Origin: Pachysolen tannophilus NRRL Y-2460 | Taxonomy: Eukaryota | Length of the DNA: 64,000 nt | NCBI GenBank assembly: GCA_001661245.1 | Contig: KV454016.1 | Location: forward strand, 606,648 to 670,647 | Reading direction: 5' to 3' | Shown here: positions 21,043 to 31,770 of the stretch, one piece after another | Layout of the letters: every line of letters begins with the position of its first letter | Position numbering within the stretch: the first letter of the stretch is position 1 | The notes under the pieces: generated by a model | Seen by the model: only the letters and a program-made list of their open reading frames with translations | What the model was told of the DNA's origin: nothing | Database searches by the model: none | Program-made: the position numbers and the translations under genes

Positions 21043-24000
21043 ATGGTGCTGTTTGGGATTACTCCAAACCACTTCTTGCTGCTTCTAAGACAATTTTTTC
21101 TCCTAGGTGTGTTTTACCAGGTGGTTCTGGCCGATGTCTATAATTTCAGTCAAGTTGAACAGCCAGAGATATCGTATAGTAGTTTCAACAATAGACTAAC
21201 TGTATTGGGAGATTTTGATTCTGTTTCTTTTTATGATTATGTGGGACAGTCGAATATTTCTTCAAGTGAGACCAATGGTTCAAACTACTTGTATGTGATT
21301 AATTCTCAGGATCAATTCCAGCCTTTGTATGAAGTTGAAGGTGATATTGAATTTTTTTACAAAATTGAAGATGATAGTATATTAATGACAGGAGATTTTT
21401 CAATAGAAAATTTAAGTTCTCCATTACTTTTCAATACTACTACTAATAATCTCACATCCATTAAGGATTGGAGCTCGAACGTCACTGGGACAATTAAAAC
21501 TGTTTTCTATGATGATTATTACAAGTTAATATATTTTGGAGGTGACTTGATATATAATGATGAAATTTATGGGGTGCTGATCTATGATTGGACAGATGAA
21601 AAATTTGTTAATTCTCCCTTTAAAGGTTTTAATGAAAATGCCACTATTAATACAATAATAAAAGTTGAAGACTATGAAAATACAGAATACGGAAGTATCA
21701 TATTTGGAGGCTTTTTTTATAGCTTGGGTGATGAAGATTTGTTGATTCATACTTTTTGGGAATCTGAATCTGAATTAAACGAAACTGGTTCATATATTAA
21801 CAAAACTAATACCACTGTAACTGCTGACCCTGAAAACTTGGTGAGCTTGAAATTTGCAACAATATCAACTGTTAATACCGATTCAAGCTCATCTGATCTG
21901 TCAACAGGAATAATTTGTCCTGGTAATGAAGATACTTGGTTATTAGCCGACGATAATTTAGGTTCTTGGACAGCTACTTTACCATTTGAAGTAACTCCTT
22001 CAAAGTTAAGAATATATAACTCTCAGTCAGATGGTACTGGTGTTCAGAGTTTTAGAGTGATAACGTCTCCTTCAGATGGTATAATGAATTTAACTTATAT
22101 TGACCCAAATACTGAAAAATTTGTATATTGTGATGCATATTGTCCATTATTGAATTCTACCTATTTGGAAGATTTAGTTGAAAGTAATGGTATTAGCTTT
22201 TATGCAGTAAATAATACTAGAAATGAGGGAACTTTAGGTTTTGGTAAAAATTATCAAGAATATGAATTTGTTAACGAATTGAGTATTGACAAATTCACCA
22301 TTCAAATAATGGAATATTACGGATCACAAGCTGGTTTATCAGGGGTCGAATTATACCAATATGGTGTGGTAACGTATGCAAATGATTCTCTTAACCAGCC
22401 AAGTTGTAGTGACAGTGAGACATCAGCAAGTGCTGATCTTACAGATTCGAGTGTATGGTCTGGTTATGAAGATGTCAATGGTGCCCATCTTACCACAACA
22501 GTTGATATTTCAAATGGTGTTCCAGAAAATTTTGGTGTAATTTTTTATCCTAATATCACTTATTCGGGAAATTATTCTATTGACTTGTATACCCCTGGTT
22601 GTGATTATGATAATTCTTGCAGTAAAAGAGGAATTGTTAACGTCACTCTATACGATTCTTCAAGTGAGTCATTAGCATCTCAATTGATATACCAAACAAA
22701 TGAAGAAGAAAAATATGACACAATTTATACCGGTCATTTGACTGTGGATGATGGAGCTATCCCTTATGTTGATATGTTTTTATCAGATTTAACTACAGTA
22801 ACTGGTGACGAAGTTGTATTTGTTGCGGATAGAATTCAATTCAACATTATAAGTATCGACGAAAGTTATTATGAAACAGTTTCTAATAACTCAAATTCCA
22901 CATCTAATAGCACGATTGAAGAATATTTGAGGATATCTATCAACGGATTATTTGAATATTCTTTAGCTAATTTCTCAGATTTCGATTACGATAATGGCCA
23001 AGATGTTCTGGAAAATGGTACAACCAATACATATGTTGGAAACTCTACTATAAATTTGATAGGTTCCACAATTCTATCTGAGAATGCAACAGTTAATGGT
23101 TTGGCTATATTAAACAGTTCAATATATGTAGCCGGAGAGTTTGAATCATTATACGGTGATAACTTTATTGGAATCGATTTGAACGGAAACTATGGATACT
23201 ATAATGATACTTCTAATTCATCTTCTGTAGAAGACGAATTCGTGATAGACGGAGGGCTCGATGGTAGTATCACTGATATTTTTGTTTACGCCAACGATTC
23301 ATTGATTCTAGTTGGAGATTTTGATGCTACTGTAAATTCCACCACTGTTAATGAATTGAATACCACAACAAGTACCAATGATTCAATTCGAGGAATAGCT
23401 TTATTCAACGGAGAATGGTATTCATTTGGAAATGGTACCGATACTGAAGATGATATTTATTCATTTACTAATATTATCTTTAATAATAATAACGAATATT
23501 TTATATTTAACGGAGATAATTCGAGTTTGCTAATATGGGACAATAGTAACGATTATTGGATTGAAAGTAGCGATTTCACACTCAATATTTCGCAAGCAAT
23601 TACTTTGAACGGGTACACTTTTGCAAGTGGTCAACTTGCCTTTATGGATTTGTACAATGCAAACAATGGAGCTTATGTTGTAGGTGATCCAAGTTTACAA
23701 AGTTTACCATTTGAACTCACATCCGAATCTAGTATATATTCCTCAGGAATTTACTTGAACAGTAGTATGTCAGCTATTGGGGGTAACTTTGTTGCAGAAG
23801 GTTACATATATAACTTGATCTTTATCGACTATGGGGATAATAATTACACATTTGGTATTCTGGATGTACAATGGGATGATGAAGTAGAAATTTTAAGCAT
23901 GCTATCATACGAAGACAGTTTGTTAATTGGAATGCAAAATGGTGTTACCATTGATGACACCAAATATGAAGGTTTAATGATATTTAATTTAAGTACAAAT

Positions 24001-25002
24001 TCCACTTCATCATCACAACCAGAATCACTTACGATAAACGAAGGAAATGTCACGGTTAATTCTTTTGTTATTGATTCGTCAAATAATACTTTGATTGTTG
24101 GAGGTGGATTTAATCAAGCGGGAGATCTCACATGTAACGCATTATGTATTTATGATATGACATTATCGGAATGGATTAGCCCATCATTTTCTTCATCTAT
24201 ATCCGGTACAATTTATTATATGCAAGCTTATTCATCATCAAAATTGTTGATTAGCGGGAATTTGACAATAGGAGATGATACAGGTTATTTTGCCACATAC
24301 GATCTTTCTAAAGATGAAATTTCGTTTAATGACGATTTAAATAAAAACTTAAATGATAGTGTTAAATATTTCATATTGGTTGATGAAGATGACATAACAG
24401 GAAGAATAATAGGTATTGGAGAAAATTTCATTGCTTATTCAAATGGTGGGAACGGATGGACCAGAATCGACGACGACCTAATAATGAATCTGACTACTTT
24501 CAGTGATATTCAATTAATAACTTTGGAAACAGATGATGACAACAATGATGAAACCATATTCAATAAAAATCAAACTTTGTTGGTCTCAGGTTTCTTGTCC
24601 CATGAAGTTTATGGCAATTTCTCATCAGGTTTCTATAACTCATCATCATGGATCCCATTTTTATTCACAGAATCATCAAGTGGATCTTCAACAAAAATTA
24701 ACCAAGTATTATTGAATGAAGAATCTACTATTTCGGAAAGCACATATTCCTTATCAAAAGGTGGTAAGGTTATGCTTATACGAAACGTCGTTGGTGTCGC
24801 TTTTGCATGTGCTCTAGGAACCATTTCATTGATTGGTGTTGCTTATGCATTATACGCAGTAATTGGTAAAAATAAAAACTACAACTCCAAGACACTAGAA
24901 TCTAGAGTAGCTGAAAAGGAAATGTTGGACACTGTACCTCCTGAACAATTGATAGATAGCTTAGATCATGCTAAACATTTTACTAAAACTACTGCAAATT
25001 AG
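21043..25002 (+). CDS. RAX2: Bud-site/polarity type I membrane glycoprotein Rax2
   Basis: Signal peptide after ATG 21043, PSKLRIYN, DGIMNLTYIDP...CDAYCPL, YTPGC...CSKRGIVNV, single C-terminal TM. Confidence 0.9.
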   Translation: MVLFGITPNHFLLLLRQFFLLGVFYQVVLADVYNFSQVEQPEISYSSFNNRLTVLGDFDSVSFYDYVGQSNISSSETNGSNYLYVINSQDQFQPLYEVEGDIEFFYKIEDDSILMTGDFSIENLSSPLLFNTTTNNLTSIKDWSSNVTGTIKTVFYDDYYKLIYFGGDLIYNDEIYGVLIYDWTDEKFVNSPFKGFNENATINTIIKVEDYENTEYGSIIFGGFFYSLGDEDLLIHTFWESESELNETGSYINKTNTTVTADPENLVSLKFATISTVNTDSSSSDLSTGIICPGNEDTWLLADDNLGSWTATLPFEVTPSKLRIYNSQSDGTGVQSFRVITSPSDGIMNLTYIDPNTEKFVYCDAYCPLLNSTYLEDLVESNGISFYAVNNTRNEGTLGFGKNYQEYEFVNELSIDKFTIQIMEYYGSQAGLSGVELYQYGVVTYANDSLNQPSCSDSETSASADLTDSSVWSGYEDVNGAHLTTTVDISNGVPENFGVIFYPNITYSGNYSIDLYTPGCDYDNSCSKRGIVNVTLYDSSSESLASQLIYQTNEEEKYDTIYTGHLTVDDGAIPYVDMFLSDLTTVTGDEVVFVADRIQFNIISIDESYYETVSNNSNSTSNSTIEEYLRISINGLFEYSLANFSDFDYDNGQDVLENGTTNTYVGNSTINLIGSTILSENATVNGLAILNSSIYVAGEFESLYGDNFIGIDLNGNYGYYNDTSNSSSVEDEFVIDGGLDGSITDIFVYANDSLILVGDFDATVNSTTVNELNTTTSTNDSIRGIALFNGEWYSFGNGTDTEDDIYSFTNIIFNNNNEYFIFNGDNSSLLIWDNSNDYWIESSDFTLNISQAITLNGYTFASGQLAFMDLYNANNGAYVVGDPSLQSLPFELTSESSIYSSGIYLNSSMSAIGGNFVAEGYIYNLIFIDYGDNNYTFGILDVQWDDEVEILSMLSYEDSLLIGMQNGVTIDDTKYEGLMIFNLSTNSTSSSQPESLTINEGNVTVNSFVIDSSNNTLIVGGGFNQAGDLTCNALCIYDMTLSEWISPSFSSSISGTIYYMQAYSSSKLLISGNLTIGDDTGYFATYDLSKDEISFNDDLNKNLNDSVKYFILVDEDDITGRIIGIGENFIAYSNGGNGWTRIDDDLIMNLTTFSDIQLITLETDDDNNDETIFNKNQTLLVSGFLSHEVYGNFSSGFYNSSSWIPFLFTESSSGSSTKINQVLLNEESTISESTYSLSKGGKVMLIRNVVGVAFACALGTISLIGVAYALYAVIGKNKNYNSKTLESRVAEKEMLDTVPPEQLIDSLDHAKHFTKTTAN

Positions 25003-25352
25003 GTCAGAGTTTTATGTATACATTTTTGTTTCTTTTCTTTTCCTATATATATTTCCTAGAAACAATTGTTAATAGTTTTGTTAAAGTTTTCTCTACTTTT
25101 TACGTTTTTCTTTTGACTTTTCTTTAATACTGACTTTTAATCATCATTAATAATTCAATTTTCCTCTTCTTTAAATATGTTTTCATCTTAATTACTACAT
25201 TTATGTCCGATAATGTTTAGTACTGCAAATATCGAAATTTAGCTCTCTTATCTTGTCCTGGATTGAATTAAATGAAAAAATACCAAAGAACTTAAAGTGA
25301 AATAGAAAAATATAAAAAAAAAAAAAAAAAAATAATTAAAAAAAATTTTAAG

Positions 25353-25363
25353 TGAAAAATTTT
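25353..25363 (+). promoter_or_regulatory. RRPE element upstream of RPC40
   Basis: TGAAAAATTTT about 60 nt before the ATG. Confidence 0.6.
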
Positions 25364-25421
25364 TAACCGAAAAGATCAATGTTTAATCCAGGATAGAGAG
25401 AAGAATAAAGCGAGATTGAAT

Positions 25422-26441
25422 ATGGCTAGTAATATTGTTGGGATTAAACATGACAGGGTCACTAATACCTCATCTACCGATTTTCCTGGTTATACAAGTA
25501 ATACAACTGAAGATTATTCATGGAGTTTAGCAAGGTTTAAAGAAAAATTTGATATCAAGATATCTTTCATAGCAGATAGAACTGCAAACTTTGATTTGAT
25601 TGGTATAGATACTTCGATAGCGAATGCTTTTAGAAGAATTATGATAGCAGAGGTTCCTTCAGTTGCAGCTGAAAACGTCTATATATTCAATAATACCTCT
25701 GTTATTCTGGACGAAGTATTGGCTCATAGAATTGGGTTAATTCCCTTAAAAGTTGATCCAGATTTACTTACATGGATAGATCCAGCTGCTGATGAGAAAG
25801 ATAGATTTACTGATGAAAACACTATTGTTTTAAGTTTAGATGTGGTATGCACAAAGAATCCACATCCTTTGAAAAATAATAAAGAACCTACAAATTTATT
25901 TAGAAATTCAAGTATATATGCCAGGGACTTGAAATTTGAACCACAAGGAAGACAGTTGGAAATTTTCAAAGATTCTCCAGTTGTTCCAGCTGATCCGGAT
26001 ATTTTATTAGCTAAATTAAGACCTGGACAGGAAATATCTTTAAGAGCACATTGTATATTAGGAGTTGGTGCGGATCATGCCAAATTTTCACCTGTTTCAA
26101 CAGCTTCGTATAGATTGTTACCAGTAATTGATATTTTGAAGCCAATAACCGGAGAAGACGGTGCCAAGTTTCAAAAATGTTTCCCATCTGGTGTTATCGA
26201 TATCAACTCTAGAGGAGAAGCTTACGTTAAAGATGCCAGAAAGGATACCGTTTCTAGAGAGGTTTTAAGACACAAAGAATTCGAAGGAAAAGTTAGTTTA
26301 GGAAGGAGAAGAGATTATTTCATCTTTAATGTGGAAAGTACTGGTGCAATGTCTCCAGAAGAGATATTTTTCAAAAGTGTTAGAGTATTGAAAAATAAGG
26401 CTGAATATTTGAGGAATTGTCCAATTGGAAATTTAAACTAA
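25422..26441 (+). CDS. RPC40: RNA polymerase I/III shared subunit AC40
   Basis: DTSIANAFRRIMIAEVP, DEVLAHRIGLIPL, ILLAKLRPGQEI, DHAKFSPVSTASYRLLP. Confidence 0.97.
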   Translation: MASNIVGIKHDRVTNTSSTDFPGYTSNTTEDYSWSLARFKEKFDIKISFIADRTANFDLIGIDTSIANAFRRIMIAEVPSVAAENVYIFNNTSVILDEVLAHRIGLIPLKVDPDLLTWIDPAADEKDRFTDENTIVLSLDVVCTKNPHPLKNNKEPTNLFRNSSIYARDLKFEPQGRQLEIFKDSPVVPADPDILLAKLRPGQEISLRAHCILGVGADHAKFSPVSTASYRLLPVIDILKPITGEDGAKFQKCFPSGVIDINSRGEAYVKDARKDTVSREVLRHKEFEGKVSLGRRRDYFIFNVESTGAMSPEEIFFKSVRVLKNKAEYLRNCPIGNLN

Positions 26442-26581
26442 ACCAATCAAAACCATTTCTATTTAATTAATTCGACTTGACTTATAATTGTACCTTAATA
26501 AAAACATAAAAGCTTCTTGTATAAGATAGAAAATATCAAATAATCGTAGTATTGTTTTTTTTTTCTTTTTTCTTTTTTTTT

Positions 26582-27490
26582 CTATACAAAATCATCAACA
26601 TTAAATGATCTGCTTGCAAAACTTTGAAACCCTCCTGGCATGGTCCCACCAGCTGTTGGAGCCGAACTATTAGTGCTACTATTCATAGTGCTACTATTTA
26701 TATTACTCGAATTATTATTAGAAGCATCATCTCTCTGAAAGCTTTTGATTCTCTGGTACATCTCCTTTGGATTTATTTCAAATATTAGAGCATTACCGCA
26801 ATAACCATCGTATTCATCATCGTTATCGTTAAATTTTCCCTCAACCGGCTCCCCACCTAATCTATGCTCCACTTCCTGGGTACTTCTGCTATTGTTGTCC
26901 TCATTTCCTGCCTCTATTAATTTTTCATTGTTGATGCAAGTGATACAGTATAAAAAATACTGTAATGCTAAAATCAAAAAATCATTGAATAATATGAAAC
27001 ATTTGAATTTGTAATAATTTTTGAAAACTTTCTCTCCAATTATCTGTAGTGTGAATCCTCCTGAGAGATAATTACCTCCATTACTTACACTTGGTGGTGG
27101 TTGCTTGAATAAAAAAAGATGATATAATATTTTAACCAGATTGAAAAAAATCAAAAACTGAAGTATTGATTTACTAATTAATCTCTTGACATCAAAACTT
27201 AAAGAAGCCTGTTGACGATTTTGTAATAAATCTCTTGGAAATGGCTTGGAAAGGATAATTTGCAAAATACTTTGTAATATCAATTCAAATAATGACAAAT
27301 TATTTGAATAATTGATAATCAATATTGAATATATTAGTACTTCCAAATTTTTAATAAAATGATTATTGAAATATTTCTTCCTCTTCTGTAAAATGCTTCT
27401 ATCATTTAATTTCAATTCTCTCTGTAGTACTATTGGGAAATGCTTATCCTCCTCCGGCTGTGAAGAAGGTATATATATCGATGATGCCAT
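26582..27490 (-). CDS. DUF1746 membrane protein, Dsc ubiquitin-ligase adaptor family (Gld1/Vld1/Dsc4-like), 302 aa
   Basis: Four hydrophobic segments, GGFTLQIIGE and NDFLILALQ motifs; convergent with RPC40, as recalled for YPR109W/GLD1 in S. cerevisiae. Confidence 0.6.
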   Translation of the reverse strand: MASSIYIPSSQPEEDKHFPIVLQRELKLNDRSILQKRKKYFNNHFIKNLEVLIYSILIINYSNNLSLFELILQSILQIILSKPFPRDLLQNRQQASLSFDVKRLISKSILQFLIFFNLVKILYHLFLFKQPPPSVSNGGNYLSGGFTLQIIGEKVFKNYYKFKCFILFNDFLILALQYFLYCITCINNEKLIEAGNEDNNSRSTQEVEHRLGGEPVEGKFNDNDDEYDGYCGNALIFEINPKEMYQRIKSFQRDDASNNNSSNINSSTMNSSTNSSAPTAGGTMPGGFQSFASRSFNVDDFV

Positions 27491-27850
27491 TATTTTATAT
27501 AATCATGTATATTTATCTAAACTATAATTTTTATGATATCGTCCTTAATTACTAATAATCACTCGGAAACTCATTAATATGGCCTTTTCAAACCAAGAAC
27601 TACCACTAGAAAAACAACTGACCTTTATTCCAATCAACGTTTAGTAAAGTAGAGTACGTCTTTAACGAAGATGATAATTTATTATATATTATTATTTGAT
27701 AAAAAAAAACGTAGTTTGGAATACTACAAATTTAAAGGCTAAAGAGGTTATACCAACTAATAGTAACGGTAGAAGTAAAAATACATGTCATTAATAATAG
27801 AAGAAGAAGGTTTAAAAAGAAAAACAAAAAGAGCTATATGTGTATACTTT

Positions 27851-30800
27851 TTATGGTTTGAAGTTCATTCCTTGGATTAAATCACCACCTAGTCTAAATA
27901 TCTCTGTGATAACAGCTTCCTTATTAAATTCGACTTTATCTTCTTCATTACTTGGCTTCAAATTGAAGCCCAAGTTGACTTTAAATTTTTTAGTTCCTGT
28001 TGTGATTCCAGGATAGAATAATCCTGAAATGATGTTTTCATCTCCTGAAGGATTTAAACCAGTGAATTTGCTTGATGAGAAAATGATACTGTCCTTGAAA
28101 TATTTGTTCAATTCTTCTAGTAATTTTGAAAGTGGATCTGAAATGATTTCTTCAGGGAAAGATGTTAATTGAATTAAATTTTTAAAAGAATTTTGCGGTA
28201 AAATCCCTGAAGATGAATCTAATTTAAATGGGAGTTTCAAGTTAATAATGAAATCATAATCGTTTAATGCGGGCGTAAATAACAATTTTATAGTTTCGGA
28301 ATTTAATCCATTTTGTTTCAATATATTGATTGCAGCTCTCGATAAAGCAGTTAATCTCACCGATAAAGGCAAAGAATGTTCGTTAGACCATAATATTCCA
28401 GAATAGTCATCTTTAGAACCAATAAAAAATTGCAATTTCGAACCTGAAGGATCTTGTTGTCTTAATTTCTCAAAATTTGAATTTATTAACTGGTATGATT
28501 GAATTGTTAAACGATCTGATAATTTATTAGTCATTTGATCTTCATCTTCTTCTGGATCAATCTTTCCTTTGACCAAGTCCAAAATTAAAGCATCCTCTTT
28601 CCAGTTCCATCTACTTAAGAATTGTAAAATCCTCAAAAACCCAGATTCAACACTGGATGGTACAGAGTATGGTGCTGGATCCACAAATACCTTAATAGCA
28701 ATTAATTCAATTAATTCATCACTGAAGTGAACTAATAATAGTTGAGAGTCCAACCATTTTTTGAAAAGTCTGACAGATGCAGAATAAAATACATAATGAT
28801 GTGATAATGTTTGAAATGTTCTGTGATGCTTTATTGCTCCCATGTAGTTACGAACAAATTCTAAATAAACTTTCTTCAAAATTTGTTTCTGTCTTTCAGT
28901 GCTATTTTCAATAGCCCTTAAGTATAATATTTCATCTCTTTCTGTTAATATTCTAATTTTGAAACCATAACCTTCCGGAGTCAAAATAGTCAACGATGTG
29001 GCAGAATCATTGAATTGGATTTTATTAAAAGTTGTTAAATTTGATTTATAATTGGTTTCATTATTTAGCAATTCATTAATTTTTAGTAAAAACGCAGTTT
29101 TGGTTTTTTCTAAAGCTATCAATTCATCTGGCCATTTCGTAGAACTCTCAAATTGTAATATAACTTCGTTATAAAAATCTGGATTCGAATAGGCAAATGG
29201 AACAGGTTGTAATAATGATGTGTATCTCAAAGCTGGAGAAATTGGAGAAAACGATCTTATTTTCAAAGGTAATTCCAAATTCATTAAAAGTTTCGTCAAT
29301 GACTCATATGATGCATTCAATGATTGATACGAGTGTAATGATAGAATAGATTGTTTTGATGATGCTGGTAATAAAGGTTGAGGTAAAAATTTCTGGAGTT
29401 CGTTCACTGATGTCTTGACATCTATATCTTTTTCGTTATTGCATAAATGCAACTTGAAAATGTATTTTATAATTTCGACTATAATTGGTTGTTCAAAAGA
29501 ACTTTCCCAGAGACAGCAAAGTTGAATTACTCCATCTTTAAATTTTCTCAAAGAGGCCCTTTGACCCCAAAATGATTTGAATTTCAAACACAGTTCCTGA
29601 TCATCATTATTTGGACCCTTAGTTATTAATTTTTCACATTCAAGTGGATTTAAATATAAGCCAACAACTAAACTGTTTGTTTCTAAATTACTATTCGGCT
29701 TTCGCCTAGAAACAGAAAATATATTGTCATTTTTTTCTAAATTTACCGAAATTTGTTTTACTCTATCACCTAAAGCTTTTCTTAATACAACATAGACCTT
29801 GTTTTTAATATAGTTTTCAAATGTTAAAAATGAAATTTTTTCTAAAGGTCCAAAATTTTCGTTTTCCAAAAACTGATTAAGAGGACATTTAATCACCAAA
29901 TCATACTTGAATAAATCAGAAGAGATATTTTCCAAGAATATTGATTCAAATCTATCTCTAACGACATCATTCAATAATAATAACGATTCAGATGCATATT
30001 TTTTCAAAATTTCATAAGAAGATTTTGTCATCTTCCATAAAATATTTATCTTTGTATTTTTATCAAATATAGTTGGCACATTGAATCCATTTTTCTTATA
30101 AAAGGCACCATTTGTTTCTACAATCAATGAATTAAAAGACAAATAACCTTCTTCAGATAAATCTTGAGTTGCCAAATATTTAATGGTAGCCTTGAACAAC
30201 TGGTAACTAGAAAACCCATGAAGCAAAATCTTATTACCATTAACTCCACCACCTTGCAATAATGCACTCATCAAGATGGCAAATTCAAAATGTCCAAAAC
30301 CACCATCAGCAAAGCTCGAAGAGAAGCCTCTCTGTTGTAACCACAATTTTCCTAATATAGATGCATCTTTGAAAGCTTCTGTAGTTTTTTTCGTTGTGTA
30401 TAAGTATTTCAAATAATATTCATAAGATGTCGATGATAAAATAGATGAATTATATAGCGGTGTTGGAGGCAAATTTTTGGAATCATCAGAAGTTTGAACT
30501 CTGATACAATTTCTATCTGGTAATAATTTTTTGGTATCGAATATTCCAAACGGGAAACCTACAATTAATCTAATTGAACTTTTAGTCTTTGCAAAAATTA
30601 AATCATCTTCATTTTGAGTATCAACGCTGACTATCTTGAGAGCTGGACATAACACATCGCCATTGACATATTCATAAGAGATTTTAATAGGTAAATGATT
30701 TTTCTTGGATAATGAGTGTAAATGTTCACATAAGTAACTCAAGTAAAATGATCTTTTATATAAACATCTATAATTCAAATAGTCTTTTTGTTGGAAAATG

Positions 30801-31375
30801 GATTTGGGCATTGTTAAAGCAATATCAACAGTTACACCTTTTGGAGTTGTAATTCCTGTTTTCAAACCAAAACTTCCAACTAAAGAAACTTCTTCTGGCT
30901 TTAAATATGAAAATTGATAATTTAATTTAGTTGGTTTTGGATCTGGGAATGGAACCGAGACTTTTGAATTCTTCAAATAAGTTTCAACATGTTCTAATGA
31001 TAAGTCTTTAATCTCAGGAATTTGTTGTATAACGTCATATAACCTATGTAAAACTTTTTCAATCAAACTAACGTGTGAATCTTTTAATTTTAACTCTTTA
31101 ATCAATTCATCTATTTGTAACTTGAAAATATTAGACTTGAATAATTCAGCAGTCTCTCTAGCGACCTGAACATCCTGGGCAGATAACTGCTGTTTTTGTC
31201 TCTTAGTATTAGGTGGAGCAGTATCATCAACTTCGTTTTCTTGTTCAAAAGATGAAGCCGATGATATATCTTCATTATTGTCCTTTTTCTCATCCTTTCT
31301 CGATTCCACCTCAAACGATTCAACACCGTTAATCTCTTGAGACAAAACCTCTCCACCCCTACTTCTTTTAACCAT
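27851..31375 (-). CDS. UTP22: SSU processome UTP-C subunit Utp22 (Nrap family)
   Basis: VARETAELFKSNIFKLQIDEL, KDYLNYR, GGFGHFEF, LRKFKDG, FESSTKWPDE. Confidence 0.95.
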   Translation of the reverse strand: MVKRSRGGEVLSQEINGVESFEVESRKDEKKDNNEDISSASSFEQENEVDDTAPPNTKRQKQQLSAQDVQVARETAELFKSNIFKLQIDELIKELKLKDSHVSLIEKVLHRLYDVIQQIPEIKDLSLEHVETYLKNSKVSVPFPDPKPTKLNYQFSYLKPEEVSLVGSFGLKTGITTPKGVTVDIALTMPKSIFQQKDYLNYRCLYKRSFYLSYLCEHLHSLSKKNHLPIKISYEYVNGDVLCPALKIVSVDTQNEDDLIFAKTKSSIRLIVGFPFGIFDTKKLLPDRNCIRVQTSDDSKNLPPTPLYNSSILSSTSYEYYLKYLYTTKKTTEAFKDASILGKLWLQQRGFSSSFADGGFGHFEFAILMSALLQGGGVNGNKILLHGFSSYQLFKATIKYLATQDLSEEGYLSFNSLIVETNGAFYKKNGFNVPTIFDKNTKINILWKMTKSSYEILKKYASESLLLLNDVVRDRFESIFLENISSDLFKYDLVIKCPLNQFLENENFGPLEKISFLTFENYIKNKVYVVLRKALGDRVKQISVNLEKNDNIFSVSRRKPNSNLETNSLVVGLYLNPLECEKLITKGPNNDDQELCLKFKSFWGQRASLRKFKDGVIQLCCLWESSFEQPIIVEIIKYIFKLHLCNNEKDIDVKTSVNELQKFLPQPLLPASSKQSILSLHSYQSLNASYESLTKLLMNLELPLKIRSFSPISPALRYTSLLQPVPFAYSNPDFYNEVILQFESSTKWPDELIALEKTKTAFLLKINELLNNETNYKSNLTTFNKIQFNDSATSLTILTPEGYGFKIRILTERDEILYLRAIENSTERQKQILKKVYLEFVRNYMGAIKHHRTFQTLSHHYVFYSASVRLFKKWLDSQLLLVHFSDELIELIAIKVFVDPAPYSVPSSVESGFLRILQFLSRWNWKEDALILDLVKGKIDPEEDEDQMTNKLSDRLTIQSYQLINSNFEKLRQQDPSGSKLQFFIGSKDDYSGILWSNEHSLPLSVRLTALSRAAINILKQNGLNSETIKLLFTPALNDYDFIINLKLPFKLDSSSGILPQNSFKNLIQLTSFPEEIISDPLSKLLEELNKYFKDSIIFSSSKFTGLNPSGDENIISGLFYPGITTGTKKFKVNLGFNLKPSNEEDKVEFNKEAVITEIFRLGGDLIQGMNFKP

Positions 31376-31770
31376 ATTCACTTCTATGGAGACAAAAAGA
31401 TTAGGCTCTAACTAATTAAAAAAGATCTATTGATTATTACTTACTACCATACATTCATTTTTACCTACTAAAAAAAAATTTTTTTTTTCCTCTTTTCACA
31501 AAGTGTGTAAATTTCAGAACACCGAAGAACATGGCAGAATGAAAGCATTTCATAGCAACAAGACGAGATCATCATTTAGGAGTTGCTAATGACTTATCAG
31601 ATGGAGATGTTTTGATGAGTATCAGGCTTTGGGATCAAAAATCTTTTGGAGGTAAGAGCAAAAAGAAAAAAAATGGGTCAAGTGTAAGTAGAGAGTTCTT
31701 TCTATTGAAAGGAAATATAAAATTCTATTCTATACTATACATATATCATTAAGGAAAGATTGAGCTCAAG